In this document: positions 24,897 through 38,795 of the stretch, piece by piece | How positions within the stretch are numbered: position 1 is the first letter of the stretch | How the letters are laid out: each line of letters begins with the position of its first letter | Assembly (NCBI RefSeq): GCF_000485595.1 | Contig: NW_014577067.1 | Coordinates: forward strand, 468,941-532,940 | From: Priapulus caudatus | Taxonomy: Eukaryota | Length of the DNA stretch: 64,000 nucleotides | Reading direction: 5' to 3' | Program-made: the position numbers and the translations under genes | Notes under the pieces: generated by a model | What the model was told of the DNA's origin: nothing | Seen by the model: only the letters and a program-made list of their open reading frames with translations | Databases searched by the model: none

Positions 24897-27800
24897 CGTA
24901 CACACGCACACACGCACACTAACAAACATCTAATAACACACGAATGCACACGCAGATATAGCCACGAGGCAGGTAGTCAGGTATTAGGGACATCACGGCT
25001 CTATCTTTCGAACATATGTCGCGTTGGAAACATCCACAAATCCCATCACAGCGGAGCCGCGCGTATCTCTCGCATCAATCAGTCGCACGTGGCAGATTGG
25101 TTAACATCTCGCGTGTTTCTCGGTCATTTGTCGCAGGCTTCCTCCGAACAAAGGAAGGGTCGGATGCAGCTGCGTGGAGCTAATACGGTAATGCGAACAC
25201 ACGCAGCGCCTACCCTCCTCCCCTCCCGGTCGTAACTCGGCAAGGGAAACATCGAGGCAGATGGGTACACACGAGGCGGCGGCAATCGCAGGAGCAACTT
25301 GTTGCGGAGGCTGACACAGAGTGTGATGGATGGTTGCGTCAGGCAGCAGCGAGCACGAACGCCGGATGAATAAACGTCACTTGCACGCGTAAACAACAGT
25401 GTCTGTTTACTGTACGGGACCCGGTATCCCCCCTTGTGCTGTCAAGCGTTGAGAAACGCCGATGCACATACTACTATACAACCGTATAGCTGCCGCCTAT
25501 GCCTCTCTAAGCCGCTCCCATACCGGGCAAGGGAACCTCTCCTATGACAGCCGCTCTCACACTACCCGCTACCCGCTACAACTACGATCACCGCTGCTGC
25601 CGTCAACGCACGTATGCATAATATAACAGCAGGTGGGAACAGCCGAGCAGGAACAACTGCCGGTGCCTCGCTTCACTTCATACGATATCCACGCGACTAC
25701 ACTCACCCGTCCTCTCACTTCGATGTAAAATATACACGTTGACAAATATGTTGTGCTCCGCCGGCTAACGTGTTTGGCGAAGCGCATTATCTTCTATAAT
25801 TAAAGTTGAGAGGATAGCAGATGGCAAAATTTCGAACTAATCAACAATGAAAAGCCATCGTATCCGAAGCGTATCATAACAAACCCGAAGTTATTTCAAT
25901 AAGTGAATTGTGTTACACAAAAATATATACTAGTATATTAGGAAAAATATATATATACTAAGAAAAAAGAAAATTTGGAACATTTATACTCATGTAAGGT
26001 ATATAGAGGGTATAATACAGGGGAACGAGTAGAAGATTGGAAAAGTGATGACCCGAAAATACTAAAACCAGCACTAGAATATGTTAGAAAGGCATTATCA
26101 ATTAGAGAAAGGAAAATAATTAATGCTAACTTGTAGACAGAATTTCCTTATCTACAGGATTTCCCCGCACATTCCAAGAGAATCAGTGCCTTGTGAAATA
26201 CAAGAGAAGGACCCCAAGATACAAGATACAAGATACAATAGTAAAAGTATACGTCACCATAACATATTCCTGATGTGGCTAATAATGAAACTGTCAATGA
26301 AACTGTAGCTCACCTTGGGTGTGATAGAAGAGGGAGGGGGATATATAAAGCAAGAGTATATATGGGAGATAGTATATATCTCCGATTATATACTCTTGAT
26401 AATGATATATGCATAAGTTTTGATGTGAAAATAAATGTTTCAGATCTGAAAGTCTGAAATCTTGACGAGAGATGGCGCTACGCCTAAATGATCACCATTT
26501 GGGTTTTCGAATATCGCGCAAATAAAAACAATAAAATATTCCAGTCAAATTACTGTAACGAAGAATCTAAAACATAATATTACACGTATATAGGTATGAT
26601 TGTAGTTGTTAACCAGTTAGACGAAATAAACGTAATAGGACATTGTCATCTCTCCCATAGGAGTAACAACTGTTTTGGGGCATTCACATACCAAAATTTA
26701 ACAAAATCGAATGAATTTAGATGGCCATTTTCATTTTTGCCAAAAAGTGGGCGTGGCTCGAAAGTAGGTCGACTGACTTGCTCCAAAATAGGACGTTCAA
26801 ATCTCTCCCATAGGAGTAACAATTATATGCAATTTGAAACATGTGGGTCAAACGGTTGTTGAGTTATCGTTGACCGTAGGCAGACACTGAAATACATAGT
26901 GAAATTGCCAAAATCTACCTAATTTTCATAATTAAAAAAAAATCAAAACCTGTGTGATATGTTTTGGGGCCAGTCCTCGTTCATTCACATACCAGAAATA
27001 AACAAAATCCATTGAACCTGAACTGAATTATGGCCATTTCCATTTTTGCCAAAAAGTGGACGTGGCTCGAATGTAGGTAGACTGGCGTGTTCCAAAATAG
27101 GACGTTCAATCCTCTCCCATAGGAGTAACAACGATATGCAATTTGAAACATGTGGGTCAAACTGTTCTTGAGTTATCGTTGACCGTAGCCAAATGTTGAT
27201 CGACGGACGGACGGACGGACGGACGGACGGACGGACGTACGTACGACGAACGACACCCCATGGCAATAGCTCATCTTGACAATGTGAGATTATTATCACG
27301 GTGAGTTCATGCAATATTAAAAATAGCGTACATGTAAATCTGCCGTCAATACATTAACTTAATGATACGAACAACAAACCATCAATGAATACCAACATAC
27401 GCGATGACTAGTAACCTGATAATATACGAACACTAACATAACCCAATGAACATTAACATAAGGAAAGAACACTTAACAAAAAAAAGAAGAATACTAACAC
27501 AATAAATTAATGAACGAACAAGTAAATTCGCCAATGAATACCAACGTAAGTAACGATTTACTTCGCTTATACCTAATGTGTATTACTTACACACAATCCT
27601 AATCTAATCTACACGCGTAACTACTGTCTGCAGCAAACTCATTATAACAATCCAGCCGATAACACGTGTACTACCAGTGGTAGCACTGAGCAGCTGTTAG
27701 CAGCTACAGGTAGTAATTGCACACGAAGTAATTATACAAAACACAGACTGCTCTCATCGCTCCCACGACGCCGATGAAATCCTATCCCATCGCTTCACGT

Positions 27801-29823
27801 TGATGATCTTACACAAACGTACGCAAGAAATTCGCTAAGCAAATATTTAATCTGTGAGAAGTGAGCATGTGGTACTAATAAACGCCGGATTCCGTTAGCA
27901 TCACAGCATGTTAGCATCACAGCATGTTAGCATCACAGCATGTTAGCATCACAGCATCCACAGCGATGGGAAATATATAACGGAGACGAAGCCAGTGCAG
28001 CTCACGATGTATGATGGCAAGCTACACATCGACGTACGCCGGTGACATGACGACAGCGAATGCTGATCTGTGTTCGTAAAGTCTCACCGAGGATATAGAT
28101 GCACACATACACGCACTCCCACAAAGCACGCGCGCACACACTCCCCTCAGGAGCTTCCTGTAGCTAGCGAGGATAATATGCTTTCTGACGTACGTAGTAC
28201 GCACACGCACGCACTTCTGAATACGATGAAGCCTCCATCATACAATCCGCTATCGCACCCCAACAATCACAGCAGGAGAACAAGCCGAACAAGCGCACCG
28301 CCCCTTCAGAGCAAATGAAAGTAAACGCTCTACGCCTCCTCTCCCAACACACTACTAACCAAGGCACAGGTCACAGACCAGCAGCACGGCTGCCCACCGC
28401 ACCAGCAGCAGCAGCAGCAGCAGCATCCTACACCGGCAGCCTCCTGTGTGTAAATGAAACGAACCTTTGTCCAGCTGGCTCGCTGCCGCGTCGTTTCCCC
28501 CTACTGCAGCATGGGTAATGAAGGCCAGACCGTGCCGCGCGACCAGAGAAGGGTTCCTGGTTCACACCCAGCCGTAAAGTGGCTGTCGGGCGCAAAATAC
28601 TCACTCGGGTAACATTACACCCAAGACTACCGAGCAGCGTACCAAGGAGCGGACGCTGGGAACTGGAAACTGTAAGATCATCCTCCCCGTGAGACCGGCA
28701 GCCACCGCCGATCATGAGATCAGCGAAACTACAAACGCGGCTATACCGCCGCGGCGCTGCAGCCGATAAGGCGGCACTTTTGCCGCCCCCGTGCCTTCTT
28801 CTCGCTCTAATAAGTGTAGGAGGAGTAAACTACACCCTCTACATACACGCGCGGGTGTCTTTTGGAAAGCGACTTAACGTGTTTATATCGGGGACTGACT
28901 GACGCAGGAGGAGGAGAAGGAGAGACGCGATGGCCGACCCAGCGTAACCAGTAGACACTCTAAGACTCTCTAATCGCGCGTTTGCACATTGGTGTCTTTT
29001 TTTAAATCAAGCTAATCAATGTATGTTTACGCCGGCGTACACGCGTAGACGGAAGGACAGATCAGGGTGCGCTGCAGACGCGACTGCCTGCCTGTCCGGC
29101 AACAATGTGCACGCACGCACGCACTATCGCACGCACGCACGCACTATCGCACGCACGCACGCACGCGCAGACTACTTATGTCATTCGCATCAACGGCGGA
29201 AACTGTCAGAACTGGTTTCGTGATGGAGACAATCGAGGGAGCAATGCTAGGAGCCTTGGTGCTTGGCTGTTATAGTTAGTTGATCAGGGCTGCTTCCCTC
29301 ATATCGCAAAGTAAGCACTGGACTATACTGTGTAGTAAAATACAAGATCTAGGCATGCGTGATGTAACGATCGAACCCTCTCGCTCAAGCTGTCTCCTCC
29401 CTGTGGGTGTTCCATGCCTCCTCTTATTGAGTGGCTAAGCTTCCTCTATGTACGACGGGAGAGGTATGCCGTAACTCCGGGGCTGAGCAATTAAACCTCC
29501 TCCCAACACTAGATGACCCTGGTGGCAGTGGCTCGACTACATCTTCTCAGCCTCCTCGTGGACTACTACTCACACGCGGGGCCGGCAGGCCAAGACAATT
29601 TATACATTAAACCCTCGGCCCTGGTGGATTTCCTGACTACAAATCTCCAAAACTATTAACTACGTACTGACAACAACAACAACAACAACAACAACAACAC
29701 CATGAACAACAATGACGACAGTAGCAGCAACAATAACAACAACAGCAACAACAACAACAAAACCAGCAGAAACCTACTACAACAACGACAACAACAACGA
29801 TAGCAACAAAAACTACTACGACG

Positions 29824-29878
<55 letters not shown>

Positions 29879-31155
29879 CCACAACACGTACCATATACAT
29901 CAGCTGGCTAGATGCTCTCACTGACCACGGTCGCCGTACAACCACGACAGCGCAATAAAGTCTACTCTCACGTCAAACGCACATACACGTCATCGCAGCT
30001 GAGACACGGGTTGCGCCAATACTTACTGCTGAACGCTGCCATGACGACGGCCCGCGACACCACAACACAGAGCGACAGTGCGAGGTGCCTCGTCCGCCAC
30101 CCTCCCCTCGTCCTCCTCACCCACATCCTAGTACCGTGCACTGCACTCACGCACCGCTCAGCATCTCCCTCCGAGTAGCAAAGACGCCGCACACAGAGGA
30201 TTTTCCCGTTACATGGCACGCGCACACGCGCACGCACGCATGTACGTACGTACGTACGCTAGCCGGCCGGTGACTAATATGAACACCGGGGGCTACGGAC
30301 ACGCTCTGCGATGCCTGCCCTGCCCTGCCATACTACACAGCACACAGCGGCTAGCTGCTATAGCTCGCAGTCAATAAATGTAGAGAGGGAGAGAGAGAGA
30401 GCGAGAGAGAGAGCGAGAGAGAGAGCGAGAGAGAGAGCGAGAGAGAGAGCGAGAGAGAGAGGGAGAGAGAGAGCGAGAGAGAGAGAGAGCGAGAGAGAGA
30501 GCCGCGCGTCTCGTGTTCGTGTTTCACAATGCCGATGAAAAGCGAGCGAACTGCGGTACTAATTTACAACGGGTGGGCAAGGCCCTCGTGAAAGCCCTTT
30601 GTCCGCTGCGTGCGAGCAGGCACCTGGTCGCTGCAGTTTTACGAAAATTATAACGAAATTCTCCGCTACGAGACAGAGCCGAATGCCAAGCCCGATCAGA
30701 ACAGTAACTATAGTAGTCGGACAGCGAGAACGCGTTGCTAGACACGCATCTCCAGAATGGCCGTCTCATCCCCTCCCGCGTACGTGAGCGAAATAACTAG
30801 ATGTGGTGAATGATAGCGTTTTATGCCATTTCTCGCGTTTATTACACTTTCATGCGAACAAAAGACGCCTTCACGCGGCAGGTGAAAATTGGTCTGCCCG
30901 ATGCACGTGACCTACATCGCTGCATGAAGATAATCTTTAAAAAAGCTCATGTGGTTTCAGATGCTGCGGATATATTTATGTTTATCATTAAACTGATGTT
31001 AATCTCGTAAAAATTCAAACATATTAGGTAATTGCATTTCAGAAATTTCTTATCTCTCATTCTTTCTTTCTCTCTGTCATGATATACATCAATTCAAGAT
31101 GTAATGTTTAACATTGTTTATTACAACGTACCTTCAGTTATTCAAAGGGATTACA

Positions 31156-31207
<52 letters not shown>

Positions 31208-33718
31208 CTCACACACGCACGCAAGAACACACACTCGCACATACACGCACGCAAACACACAAGCACGCGTCTCACACAAAATGATCAAGAACTTTTAACA
31301 GTTGACTAAACATTGGTACATCACATAAGTAGTGCCTTTTGAGGCATACAGAAAATGTTCTATGACAGTATTCGTACAAGGAGGGTAATGAAGGGAACTA
31401 ATCAATAAATATCATAAAATATAATATTCTATCCTCACTTGCATTATCCACACGTTTTTCAATTAATTATTTATTGTTTAAAGCTTATTCAGCACTGAAC
31501 TTTATGGCTATCCTCTACTAGCCTGTAGCATCTATATTCTATAGGCGCCACACAACAGTAGCCTTCTGCAAATTGTTCACCGTTGCATTATTTTGCCTCT
31601 GTAAAACGGACGTTTTATTCAGACGTTCAGGACGTTTTTGTTATGTGGTAACGTTCGGCATGAGAGTGTACTGATTAGAATTGTACATGTAAGGTAGATG
31701 CCTTACAGACACCTAGAAAACATGGAAAGTGAAATTGGTAGTATTGTGGGAAATTAGTCAAATTACGCCATTCTGCCAAGTGATTTAGCCATGGTGACCA
31801 AACCATGTAGTTTGTGGATCTAGAAAACTTGCTGGAAATTTACATAATGTAATTTTAATTAATTTTTGAGACATGTTTATTGAAGCATGCTGTCTATGGA
31901 CGCCAACTACTGGTGAATTCCACGTACAGAGAGGTGTATAACGAAATGCACAGCAGATATTATGAGCGAAAGGCTACACGGTGGCGCCATCTGTTGACCG
32001 ATAGCATGAAAATCTAATCACAGAAATTTTCACGCACCGCTGATGTTCACTCTTGAACTCGGATGTTGGCCCTACGACAGATTGAAGATAACGTCCTAAT
32101 GTGGAGGCTGAGACATAGCATACCTCACAGAGTATTTCAGTAGTGGAATACCACAACGTTGCACCACACAGGCACTCTAGTGTACTGAACCGGGTAATGC
32201 CATACTCTAGTCACGAACAAACTAGCTAGTAGAGATAGTGGACACATATACTTACTGGTGAGTGGTTCGACATATACTCTACAGGATGCAGTGACAATAG
32301 TAGTGTTTCGCACATGATGGTTGGACGCCTCACAGCTGTAGTTTGCTGGCTCTGTTGCATTAACGTACAGCATCGACTTTCTATATATGCTCTGTGTCTC
32401 CTTGTCTTTTATCTGCAAATGACATCAGAGTCTAAATCCTCTTCAACCGAGGGCAAAAAATAGGTACTCCTATTCAAAGAGGAAGGAAATTTATATTTAA
32501 ATACATAATGTCACCACACACACACACACACACACTCTGTTCCTATGTTCACTTCTAAGCAGACTTAGATGTGAAAATCGCCAGACGGACGCAGTTTCAC
32601 ACATTCCTATTGCATCATAGTTTTTATTCACATACAAAGTGCATAATTGCTGCCAGATCTTTTTTTGGGGCCAAATAGCAAAAAAATGTCAACTGCACAT
32701 TATTTCGGCATTTTTGTCAGATGAGGTATTAGAAGTAATTTATGGAATGGCTTAGTGCTACCACTTACTAGCACCCCATCCTTGAACCAGCGGATGGTCG
32801 GTTCTGGATATCCCACTGCCTGGCACTCCAGATGAACAACATCCCCCCAGCGTACGAAACGGTCTGTTGGCGCATGAATGATAGTAGCAGGAGCTGCAGA
32901 GAATCCAAACAAGCTTCTTTGTAACGAGTATGCAATTTTTCAGCCAGAAGCTACAGACCGAGAACGTTTATTAAGTCTGAGACCTATATTATTCTATTGT
33001 AAACAAAAGCTAATATCTGATAATTTAGAAACATATAGGTATATACTATTTTTACACAATAAGTATCGCAATATCTCGGTATTATTCCTCTTTAAAGTGA
33101 TTACGTCACCGTAAATAGTAAAAAATAAAAAAAATATTTCCACAAAATATAAGTAATTCTGTTCACTTTTTATGGTTAAATTGCTGCATTATACTTCTTA
33201 TTTTACTATATTGTTCGATGTGAACATACACTCGTGACGCATACATAGCCCATAGCAAGCAATTAATGTCAGGAACACTAATTTCAAATCGACCAGGTTT
33301 TTTTGGATTTTTAACTAGTTGAGAAACAATCTTATCAGGAAAGAATTTGACGATACGTTTAGTTCTTACTTTTAATGTAAAAAAATGGCAACAAAAACTT
33401 TAAACATTTTACCATAGAAAATTCGTGACGTAGTCAATTTAAAAGAGTTTGATATTTTTGCAACCATTTTCAGTCTCACACAGACACCAACAAACTAACA
33501 AAATAACTGATATGATACTTACATCTACATTGCTAAATGTAAATGCATGCGTGCATGCGTGCGTGCCACCACCATCACCAAAACATATACCTTGAACTTG
33601 GACAAAGGCTGATTCAGAGGTTACTGATGGACCATTTGGTTTCCTTGCTTGGCATTTGTACCATTGTTGATCTGCAATCTGCACCTTAGCAAAGTTTAGT
33701 GTCCCATTTTTCATCAAT
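18577..33718 (-). CDS. MUSK: MuSK/Nrk (Ror-family) receptor tyrosine kinase, multi-exon; most 5' exons unresolved
   Basis: Phase-consistent GT-AG exons. Ig: 33718-33591, 32893-32769, 32412-32256. Micro-exon: 23556-23529. Frizzled CRD: 23431-23280, 22247-22118, 21433-21329, 20902-20808. Kringle (CQKW, NFCRNP, PWCFT): 20558-20470, 20310-20157. TM plus kinase: 19772-18577. Confidence 0.88.
22398..23066. mobile_element. MITE with ~140-bp TIRs (AGG...CCT ends, possibly Kolobok-like) in a MuSK intron
   Basis: aggcatactaggcccattgattatgcaatgttgacgaat... is inverted at 22940-23066. The right flank reads CCT-TTAA; no left TTAA is seen. Confidence 0.7.
24810..24920. repeat. (GCAC)n microsatellite; similar arrays at ~29110-29165, 31154-31210, 44790-44845
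   Basis: Read directly from the sequence. Confidence 0.95.
25963..26238 (+). mobile_element. 5'-truncated LINE fragment, same family as 1-581
   Basis: Near identity to ~312-581, including the (CAAGATA)n tail. Confidence 0.8.
26284..27285. mobile_element. Helentron-associated (DINE-1-like) non-autonomous element, family 1, copy A
   Basis: Terminal tgtcaatgaaac (degenerate hairpin) followed by tagctcacc; (GGAC)n microsatellite; subterminal tagctcatcttgac. Homologous to 39760-42110 and 55391-56106. Confidence 0.75.
27893..27960. repeat. 16-bp tandem repeat (gttagcatcacagcat) x4
   Basis: Read directly from the sequence. Confidence 0.9.
29670..29885. repeat. (CAA)n microsatellite
   Basis: Read directly from the sequence. 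Confidence 0.95.
30027..30126 (-). CDS. Candidate alternative first coding exon of MuSK (signal-peptide-like)
   Basis: ATG at 30126 gives [33 protein letters not shown]. Consensus donor CA|GTAAGT, phase 1, the same phase as the Ig exon ending at 32256. Confidence 0.45.
30382..30501. repeat. (GA)n / (GAGAGAGAGAGC)n purine tract upstream (on - strand) of the candidate exon
   Basis: Read directly from the sequence. Confidence 0.9.
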
Positions 33719-36700
33719 CTGTGATAACATACATGAAAAAACATCGTTTGATCAAAACAATATCAAAATAAGTTCACTCTCAAGATCTTCAGACCACTAA
33801 ACACATTAAAAAAATTCAATTATAACATATACACATTCCTTCATATATATTCCTCGTTTGTATAAAGCTCTTGAAGAGAAAATACATCATCAACCTGTAG
33901 GTCTACTATGAGTAAAAAAATACCCTTTCCTCTAAACTCCTATCATGGATATATATATTATCAAGACCTCATAATACCTAGGGATTATTGGCTCTTGATA
34001 CTATGTAATATTAATTTATGATTTGTCTGTCCTATCTTCTCTGACATTCACATCTGGTTTTGGAACATACGCTACACTATAATGGATAGCTTCTGTTTAG
34101 ACTGTTTCACTAACACTTTCACTGGTCAGGGGCGTGTACAGGTGGGGTAGCAGGGGGGGGNNNNNNNNNNNNNNNNNNNNNNNNNNNNNNNNNNNNNNNN
34201 NNNNNNNNNNNNNNNNNNNNNNNNNNNNNNNNNNNNNNNNNNNNNNNNNNNNNNNNNNNNNNNNNNNNNNNNNNNNNNNNNNNNNNNNNNNNNNNNNNNN
34301 NNNNNNNNNNNNNNNNNNNNNNNNNNNNNNNNNNNNNNNNNNNNNNNNNNNNNNNNNNNNNNNNNNNNNNNNNNNNNNNNNNNNNNNNNNNNNNNNNNNN
34401 NNNNNNNNNNNNNNNNNNNNNNNNNNNNNNNNNNNNNNNNNNNNNNNNNNNNNNNNNNNNNNNNNNNNNNNNNNNNNNNNNNNNNNNNNNNNNNNNNNNN
34501 NNNNNNNNNNNNNNNNNNNNNNNNNNNNNNNNNNNNNNNNNNNNNNNNNNNNNNNNNNNNNNNNNNNNNNNNNNNNNNNNNNNNNNNNNNNNNNNNNNNN
34601 NNNNNNNNNNNNNNNNNNNNNNNNNNNNNNNNNNNNNNNNNNNNNNNNNNNNNNNNNNNNNNNNNNNNNNNNNNNNNNNNNNNNNNNNNNNNNNNNNNNN
34701 NNNNNNNNNNNNNNNNNNNNNNNNNNNNNNNNNNNNNNNNNNNNNNNNNNNNNNNNNNNNNNNNNNNNNNNNNNNNNNNNNNNNNNNNNNNNNNNNNNNN
34801 NNNNNNNNNNNNNNNNNNNNNNNNNNNNNNNNNNATATATACTATATATATATATATATATATATATACAGGGTTCTCCAAGCTTTTAAATTATAGCATG
34901 GGGGTGGTACTCAGTGATAGGGGTGTCCGGGAAAATTTTTGAATTGTAGAAGCTCTGAGATGCAATCTGGGACACTCTGTGTGTAAATTTGAAGCACTGC
35001 ATGTGGGGTGAAAATGTTTGTTTTGCATGGGCAAAGCCATCGGAAAATTCAAAATAATAAATGGAATAAAAATACCAAAATGTAGGGGTGAACTTGCTGG
35101 TTTGCTGGTTCCAAATCGAGTTCACCTCTCATAAATAAATAATTTTTTTTGTCACCATTGACAATGGCAGGAGTGGTCGGTAAGTGTACCAGTCTACTCT
35201 ACCTCGTGTTAGACTGGGTTACCTGCCCCGTAATAATGCCGTTGGAAATTAATTCACGATGTCAGCTCAGATGCAAAATATTTAAAGCAAAAGGTTATAC
35301 ACCATAGATAAATTTTGGTATAGGGGATATATGTATAGGGGGTCTTATGGGATAGGGAGAGGGTGACTGTTTGTACTTGTGTGTTGTACTCCCGTACCCG
35401 TAGCATCGAGACCAACGTGTATTAATTGTTTGAACTTCTCGTTTATACACCAGCATGGCGGCTGCATTTTAGGATGGTGGGGCGCCAGGCTATAAGTGCC
35501 CTTGGAGAACCCTGGTATACAAGAGCGTATTAAGAAGGTTTTAAGGCTTCTTAATACGCTCTTGATATATACCATATATTAGTATGAATGATATTTATTA
35601 TAAAAGTATTATATTTAGCACATAGACGCAACCATAGTAGGTTGCAACCTACTCATACCTACACCTACTCATGCTACAAGCTAATCTCACCAGAGAACAC
35701 ATGACCAAATATGGTTTGATAACAAATTTCCAATTATGTGGTGAGACAAAGGGTGACAGCAATCAAAAACACAACGCAGCACATATCTGTCTATGCCGAT
35801 GTGAACGAGCAATGACTTTGCCCACGTAGGACTACCAAAATCTAGAAATTCCCAGAATTTGCAGTTGAGTTGATTCCACAAATAGGTATACACTATTTTT
35901 TATACTGACACACCCTAACATACTACATATACACATTGGGTACATGTGAAAAATACACATTTAAACTACAAATAATGAATATATTTATTTTAACAAGTAC
36001 CTATATATACTGTAATGTACGTAATATGCTGAACTGCTTCCCTAAATCCTACTTCTAATACGCATGCCCACTATCCACTAGCTATTGTACAACCTTGTCC
36101 GTCCAAAAACCTCAAAACTTTAACAACAAAATTCCAACGACGGGTTAATTAACGTACGTATATTTGTAATGTCTGTAATGTAACGTGTAATTTACTCGCC
36201 GCCTGTTAAATTGCAATGCCAGTACACATTACATATATGCGAGCAGCCGGTCCAACAGTGTTCCCGGAGTACACCACGCCTCGACACTGCGTACACCGCG
36301 TACCTAACCATGTAGACCTGTGAAACATCAAACAACAGGGTCCCTCCCTCCCGCGTACTAGTATACCCAGCGCAGCAGACAGCATTTTCACTACAAAAAT
36401 TGACTCGAAATCATCAAAACAGGTTCAGATGCCATCGAAGCATCGGGCAAGTGTAAAAACAAATAGAACTTCTTCAAATGTAAGCTGTCCAAATGACAAA
36501 CGTATCTGTGCTAAATGACTACCAGGAATGCTGAACCTGTAGGCGGGAATGTTTGAGCAAGTCTGCCTATTTGGGACAATGACACTGCCCGCGCAAGGAA
36601 CCATCTTGTATCAAAACAACCATACGCCAATCCTAGACCAACCCATACATGAGCAAGATTACTTCATTCGTAACATGAGCTTGCCACATCACGAAACTGG

Positions 36701-38505
36701 ACACAAAAGAAGATGTGTATTGTAGAGAAATGTGGACAACTGGGGAATGAAAGGAACGGGAATAGGGATTAAGGCAGGTCTTGTAAAAAGGCTCTCCTAA
36801 ATTGACTTGTGGATCACACTCACAGAACACACAAAAAACGTTCATAAGTGATGAATTCACAAAACAGTACAGCATTGAAGAGATGGCCTTTTTAAATGCA
36901 GATAGTACATTTTAATAAACATACAATGTCAATGAAATTGTTTTTCGCCGAAATTCGTATATAGCCTATAGGTAAATAGTGCATAGCATACATAAGTGGC
37001 AATCACACCCACGCATACACACAGAACCACATGGGTATCAATGGTCAATGTAAAAATGCCTGCTCGGAACGACATAACACAGGTAATAAAATTTAGCATG
37101 CATCAGTGATTTCTGGGAACAGTAAATGTGTTATGAACAGTACATGTTGGCACTATTGGTGCATGCCAGTGTATTGGAAGCACATACGAAAACATTAATT
37201 CTAAGAGTAAGCAGTTAAAATTAATTTTCCATAATGCATGCCTAATGATGCCTTTATAATAATAAGACTATAACTAAATATTAAAAGGCCAGCAATTTAT
37301 TTTCTTTCCCAAATAAATACGAGCAGAGTGCATTGTGGAAATAACCCATAAAAACGCGTATTTCGTTACCAACAAACCCAAATGTCGATGGCGTGGATAG
37401 GTAGCAACAGAAAACCCCAGTACACACCTACCCCACCCTCATCCCTAGCATAGGATAGCTGCTCGTGTTTAGCATAGTATGTAATAACTCATTTTCAAAA
37501 CAGTGACGTACACGTTCTATACGCAGTCAATAATACTCAGTCCATGCAAGTACTGATACATTGCTGTTTCATAAAACTACAACAAATCAATGCTACGAAC
37601 CTTGACAGACATAACGCGTTAAATACTGTTTTCGTGAGCCAAAACTGTACAACCTAATTTTACTTTAGCTTTGATGGTAACGAAGATGCCCATTCCCGCG
37701 AATTCTCCCCTTCGACTAAAGCTCAAAACCTGACTGATACACGCATGTTACACGCCACCACAATGACAATCCAAGGATATACCTGCCCTTGTTTGCTGCA
37801 GGTACAGCCAGACAGGTACAGCTCTGTTAATTACACCATAACTTGCCAACAGGCACTGGCAATTACCCTGTTCAGGTATTTAGATGCACACGTACAATGG
37901 CTGCGCATTTGGGCTTGTGTGTGGATGAGCGGTATGTACAGGCACGGGGGGAATATCCTACTAGCACACCTACACACCGAAATTCCCAAACATTCCTGAC
38001 ATTCTTCGCAATATACGCATCCTATATACGCATCCTACACACGTAGCACGGTCGTTCGCAGGGGCTGTACGGCGTAGGTGGCAGGCACTACCACTGTCTG
38101 CCGTATATTAAATTAATACCAGTTGCCGGAATTAGGCAGAACATATTGATAAAAGAGTCATACCTGTGGGCGATGGAATGCGAATCTTCGCCTATTATAT
38201 CATTAGATTGTCACTTATCCCAAACAATCTGAGAGCCATTCTTGTAACGTGGGGGCGAGCGCGTGTGCGTGCTTGCGCGCGCGTGTGCGCATTTTGCAAG
38301 TGGTTCTGTGCGGAGGGAAGCTTCGCCACTGCGTTAAAGAGCAAACCCACCCTAACCGTACAACATTTGTTGCTGTTGTTACAGGTACATTCCTCGCGCA
38401 GATGCGATCGCGCCTTAGGGCGAAAGAGAGATGAACGTGGGCCACATACTTGTACACAACAACGTTCACGTACTCCGACCGACCGGCCAATGATTCAGCA
38501 GTAAC

Positions 38506-38795
38506 GCAGATGGGGTCGTTGTCGTATCAGGTACTACAGATATGTACCCGAGGTAGTTTTAGGTTGTTTAGTATTATGTTTATATTTTTATATGAGGTAT
38601 GTTTAGGGTTAGGGTTAGGGTTAGGGTTAGGGTTAGGGTTAGGGTTAGGATTAGGGTTAGGGTTAGGGTTAGGGTTAGGGCTAGGGCTAGGATTAGGGTA
38701 CACTTCTGTAGTACAAGTCTGGTACACTTTGTGTATACATATATGTACCTCGGGTACATATCTGTAGTACCTGATACGACAACGACCCCTTCAGC
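38506..38795. mobile_element. MITE with ~49-bp TIRs, an internal (TTAGGG)n array and a 9-bp TSD
   Basis: TIR ggggtcgttgtcgtatcaggtactacagatatgtacccgaggta. About 16 TTAGGG-like units at 38603-38698. TSD agcagtaac (38497-38505) / agcagtagc (38796-38804). Confidence 0.85.

Noticed and set aside
34126..34889. 251-aa ORFs
   Set aside because: Artefacts of the N gap.
35687..35893. Possible missing MuSK Ig exon (VLRCVF); also CDVKGNS near 42725-42760
   Set aside because: Lacks the Ig core Trp and GxPxP pattern and convincing phase-compatible splice sites.
38603..38698. True telomere or chromosome fusion site
   Set aside because: The array is short, in one orientation, and enclosed by MITE TIRs with a TSD.
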